DNA of 64,000 nucleotides from Candidatus Poribacteria bacterium (GTDB taxonomy: Bacteria > Poribacteria > WGA-4E > PCPOR2b). How positions within the stretch are numbered: the stretch's first letter is position 1; the number at the start of each line of letters is the position of its first letter. Location: positions 544,001-608,000 of the forward strand of contig OZ242326.1 in NCBI GenBank assembly GCA_965208325.1, written 5' to 3'. Positions 60,455-64,000 of the stretch are shown here, in pieces. A program made the translations under genes and the position numbers. The notes below the pieces were generated by a model. The model ran no database searches and was not told where the DNA came from. It saw only the letters and a program-made list of their open reading frames with translations.

Positions 60455-61495
60455 TTACGGATAATTATACAGATTCTCATCCTCATTGTGATGCTCTTGT
60501 GGAGGAGACTGGTTCTGCCGAAATTCACGGAGAATGCAATCGATAATATCTTTATTGTAGGCTTGAGCATTGATTCGTTTCTGATTGGCTTCCCACGCCA
60601 TTTGCGCGGCTGCTTCAAAATATTCCGCATGCTTATATGCATCAAGAATGTCTGCACCGCGTGAGAAGGTTCCATGTCCAACCCAACATAGTATATGACG
60701 CATTTCGTGACGTTGATTGGATGGTAAGTCTTCCTTTTTGAAGAGGCGCAGATTTTCATAAGAAAGCTCAGGTATACCTGGCGCTTTCTCTTGGACGAAA
60801 CCGATGCCGCCAGATTTTTCATAAATGATTGGCGTTTCTGGTTCGTAACCCCTCAAGAAATCGTAGAATCGTGAGGGACTCCCATACTCACTCCGAGAAA
60901 TTAGGTTCAAAAACTTCGGCTGCAAATGTACAAGCGCCTTGAACCCGTGATTTTCGAGTTGGTCAAATATCAAGAGATAGTGGAATAATTCGCTGGTTGG
61001 TTTGGGCGCTGTAATCTGTCCTTGTTCCAATATGGACACTGGAGGCGTGCCATATCTCATTCGGTAATGGCGTCCATCGTCATCGATTTCAACAATTGTT
61101 AAATTCAGTGCTGGATGTTCTACTGCAATGGCGTCTAATCTTGATCCGGACTTGGTAATCAGCACGCGCCGCCCCGCAAGCTGTTTTACAGTAATGGCTG
61201 CCGGCAAGGAGTAACGCGGGGATTGATCGCGCGGAACCAGACAGCGTAAATCAATGGCTTCAGAGAGCAATGCACCCATATTGCCGGCTGTTCCCCACAG
61301 ATAACCGCGGGCATGTGCTTGGCTTCCCATCCACCCCATCTGTCCAACGAGAACTCCCATTTCGCTATCGGACGACATCGGTTGCAGGGCAGCTTGATAT
61401 CCGCGCGCTTGCCACTGCCGGTAGCGGAAACTCCTCGGCGGAGGCGGCAGTAAATTGTTGGTGAGATAAGGATTTGATGGCGATATTCCACGCAT
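60455..61495 (-). CDS. Class II aldolase/adducin family protein, rhamnulose-1-phosphate aldolase-like (divergent)
   Basis: G.....AGNM, LITKSGS, KPTSEL..Y, LVHLQP, PE, PG..EL, W.GHG.F..G and EYFE.AA motifs. Start MRGISPS has an AGGAG RBS. Confidence 0.7.
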   Translation of the reverse strand: MRGISPSNPYLTNNLLPPPPRSFRYRQWQARGYQAALQPMSSDSEMGVLVGQMGWMGSQAHARGYLWGTAGNMGALLSEAIDLRCLVPRDQSPRYSLPAAITVKQLAGRRVLITKSGSRLDAIAVEHPALNLTIVEIDDDGRHYRMRYGTPPVSILEQGQITAPKPTSELFHYLLIFDQLENHGFKALVHLQPKFLNLISRSEYGSPSRFYDFLRGYEPETPIIYEKSGGIGFVQEKAPGIPELSYENLRLFKKEDLPSNQRHEMRHILCWVGHGTFSRGADILDAYKHAEYFEAAAQMAWEANQKRINAQAYNKDIIDCILREFRQNQSPPQEHHNEDENLYNYP

Positions 61496-61774
61496 CGTTT
61501 TTCTCCTAGTAACATGAATATTATATTCCGATTCGAAAGAAGAATATACCACGCTTGATTGAACTTATCAACTGTTTTCTGTGACCAATTTCGATCTAAG
61601 CAGATGTTCTAACTTGAGCAAAGCACCCCAAAAATGATATAATCAGATGGTTAAGTAAACATTCAAGGTTTGTAGATCTAGATACACGGTTTCAATACTC
61701 AAGACCAATAGCATTCAGATCTTCCCTTTGTTTCAATACAGCAAATATGAATAGAATTTCTACCGGAGGAGTAG

Positions 61775-63166
61775 ATGGACACACGAATTGAGAAGGACAG
61801 TATGGGTGAAATTGAAGTTCGCGCAGATCGGTATTGGGGTGCGCAGACGCAGAGATCTATCCAGAATTTTAAGATTGGCGGTGAACGGTTCCCACGCGAG
61901 ATGATTTGGGCGCTTGGAATCGTTAAATGCTCGGTAACCGAAGTGAACGCTGAACTAGGTCTGCTTGAAAGAGATAAAGCGGATGTAATTTTGAAAGCCG
62001 CACAAGAAGTGATTGACGGCCTTCTTGACGATCACTTCCCGCTTGTGGTCTGGCAGACCGGCAGCGGTACACAGACGAACATGAATACGAACGAGGTCAT
62101 TGCTAATCGGGCAATTGAAATGCTGGGTGGCAACCTGGGGAGCAAAGGGCCCATTCATCCGAACGATCACGTCAACAAGTCTCAATCGACCAATGACGCA
62201 TTTCCGACTGCAATTCATGTGGCTATCGCAGACCGCATCCACCATAACCTTATTCCAGCGGCGACTGTCCTACGTGACGCGCTCAATGATAAGGCGGAAG
62301 AATTCAATGATATCGTAAAAATCGGACGTACGCATTTACAGGATGCGACGCCCCTGACATTGGGACAAGAGTTTTCCGGGTACACAATGCAGATTACCAA
62401 CGCAATTCGAACAATCGAAAATTGCCTCCCACACCTCTATGAATTACCGATTGGCGGCACGGCCGTAGGGACGGGATTAAACAGCCATCCAGAGTATGCC
62501 GCAAAAGCTGCAGCGGCAATCGCTAAGCGAACGGACTTTCCGTTCGTGTCGGCGCCGAACAAGTTTGAAGCTCTCGGTGCACGAGATGCTGTTGTCGAGG
62601 TGAGCGGTGCTTGCAAAACATTGGCGTGCTCACTCAACAAGATTGCAAACGACATCCGTTGGCTTGGGAGCGGACCGCGTTGTGGGATTGGAGAGATTTC
62701 CCTACCAGAGAACGAACCGGGGAGTTCCATCATGCCGGGGAAAGTCAATCCAACACAATGCGAGGCGATGACGATGGTTTGCGCCCAAGTCATTGGCAAC
62801 GATACGACGATAGCACTCGCCGGCGCCTCAGGAAATTTTGAACTAAATGTGTTCATGCCTGTCATCGCCTTTAACGCGCTGCAATCAATTCGCCTTTTAG
62901 GAGACGCCTGCACGTCATTCACGCAAAATTGCATTCTTGGCATTCGCGCGAACCGCGAAAAAATCGACCAATATTTGAATGACTCCTTAATGTTGGTGAC
63001 GGCGCTGGCGCCTAGCATCGGGTATGACAACGCCGCTCTAGTAGCAAAAACAGCCCATACGGAAAACAAGACGCTGCGCCAAGTCGCACTTGAGTTGAAT
63101 CTATTGACCGAGGAAGAGTTCGATCGCTTTGTCGTTCCCAATAAAATGATTGGTCCAAACGTGTAA
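61775..63166 (+). CDS. fumC: Class II fumarate hydratase
   Basis: [43 protein letters not shown] and GNFELNV motifs. Confidence 0.97.
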   Translation: MDTRIEKDSMGEIEVRADRYWGAQTQRSIQNFKIGGERFPREMIWALGIVKCSVTEVNAELGLLERDKADVILKAAQEVIDGLLDDHFPLVVWQTGSGTQTNMNTNEVIANRAIEMLGGNLGSKGPIHPNDHVNKSQSTNDAFPTAIHVAIADRIHHNLIPAATVLRDALNDKAEEFNDIVKIGRTHLQDATPLTLGQEFSGYTMQITNAIRTIENCLPHLYELPIGGTAVGTGLNSHPEYAAKAAAAIAKRTDFPFVSAPNKFEALGARDAVVEVSGACKTLACSLNKIANDIRWLGSGPRCGIGEISLPENEPGSSIMPGKVNPTQCEAMTMVCAQVIGNDTTIALAGASGNFELNVFMPVIAFNALQSIRLLGDACTSFTQNCILGIRANREKIDQYLNDSLMLVTALAPSIGYDNAALVAKTAHTENKTLRQVALELNLLTEEEFDRFVVPNKMIGPNV

Positions 63167-63269
63167 GCGAACTAACTTTACGCTTGAATTGAACTGATTG
63201 AACATTAGACCTCGAATTCTTTGAACGAATTGCGTATTGGCTTTATTGAGATGTAATTCGTCACATGTT

Positions 63270-64000
63270 ATGCCCCCTATTGAAAAACTGATTGCTGATT
63301 TTGATGGAACGGTGTCTGAGGTGGATACGCTGGGTCTATTGGTGCAGAACGCCGCAAAACATCGGGCAACTGGCGGCGACATGGGAGCGCAACCGTCATT
63401 CTTAGAATGGCGTGAAACGGTGGAATGGTATTCAAAACAGCACGCTCGGATTGTGAACGAATGGCTTACCAATGACAGCGGGGGAACGACCGGCACGGAG
63501 GACAATCTAGAAGTTCACCCAGACCTAGCTGGACTCCGGAGATTCCTTGATGCCGCTGAGGTCCTGGAATATGACGCTACCCATAGAGTCATAGAAAGAA
63601 AATTCCTGTCAGGGCTCACAAAGGAGACGCTCCGGAAGATTGGCCGGTGCGTTCAATTGAGATCTGGGGTATTCACGCTAATGGAGGCGATGCGCGCGAA
63701 TGGTGTAAAGATTGAAATACTCTCTGCTAATTGGTCAAAGACCTTTATTCAAGGCGCGATGGGAGAGATGTGCGATCAGATTGTAACCAATAGCCTGATA
63801 TTTGATAAATCAGGGCGTTCAACAGGGGAAATTCATTTACGCGTGATTTCGGCACAAGATAAACTGAAACACTTTTTGAGGCGGAAAAGCCACCGCAATC
63901 AATTTACACCCTCGCAGGATGTGAAGGAACAGTACCGCAAGCTACAGCCACGGATCGGACGCACATTGTACATCGGTGATTCAGTTACAGATTTACTCGC
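63270..64000 (+). CDS. HAD-superfamily phosphatase (truncated by the window end)
   Basis: MPPIEKLIADFDGTVSEVDTL (motif I DxDGT), ILSANWS (motif II) and LYIGDSVTDLL (motif IV). The frame is open to the window edge and is not in the ORF track. Confidence 0.82.
   Translation, partial: MPPIEKLIADFDGTVSEVDTLGLLVQNAAKHRATGGDMGAQPSFLEWRETVEWYSKQHARIVNEWLTNDSGGTTGTEDNLEVHPDLAGLRRFLDAAEVLEYDATHRVIERKFLSGLTKETLRKIGRCVQLRSGVFTLMEAMRANGVKIEILSANWSKTFIQGAMGEMCDQIVTNSLIFDKSGRSTGEIHLRVISAQDKLKHFLRRKSHRNQFTPSQDVKEQYRKLQPRIGRTLYIGDSVTDLL

Noticed and set aside
62437..63141. 234-aa minus-strand ORF
   Set aside because: It is the antisense shadow of fumC.
1..64000. CRISPR array, tRNA, rRNA or prophage
   Set aside because: I saw no regularly spaced direct repeats, tRNA T-loop/cloverleaf, rRNA-like tracts or phage genes. 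This was a by-eye inspection only, and tRNAscan/Infernal would be decisive.

Overview
This is bacterial chromosomal DNA from a diderm (waaA/kdtA, OmpA, ExbB/TonB and outer-membrane barrels are present). TPR-rich proteins, a phytanoyl-CoA dioxygenase and scattered housekeeping genes are reminiscent of Candidatus Poribacteria-like genomes, but that is inference only. Most of the window is housekeeping or envelope genes: purQ, hisC, mtnP, prs, trpF, trxA, lon/hsp20, fumC, waaA and ABC/MFS transporters. There is one intact ISAs1 element with terminal inverted repeats and a 10-bp target-site duplication. Four things stand out. (1) An 845-aa protein is built from two FBP aldolase/phosphatase (class V FBPase) copies whose active-site motifs have decayed in a complementary way. 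(2) A FadR-regulated cobalamin methyl-transfer operon encodes an unknown Cys/His-repeat protein, MtaA/CmuA, a corrinoid protein, an ASKHA activator, a pterin-binding methyltransferase, a small PF13769-like protein and an Ldh_2 dehydrogenase. It ends in a homocysteine methyltransferase broken by two in-frame TAA codons. (3) A giant TPR / barrel / ExbB / TonB locus lacks ExbD and is preceded by a catalytically dead caspase-fold membrane protein. (4) Smaller oddities include a ModA-ModB fusion, an unannotated 34-aa basic ORF and a structured leader. I recognised no rRNA, tRNA or CRISPR array. All family calls come from motif recognition by eye, not from database searches.
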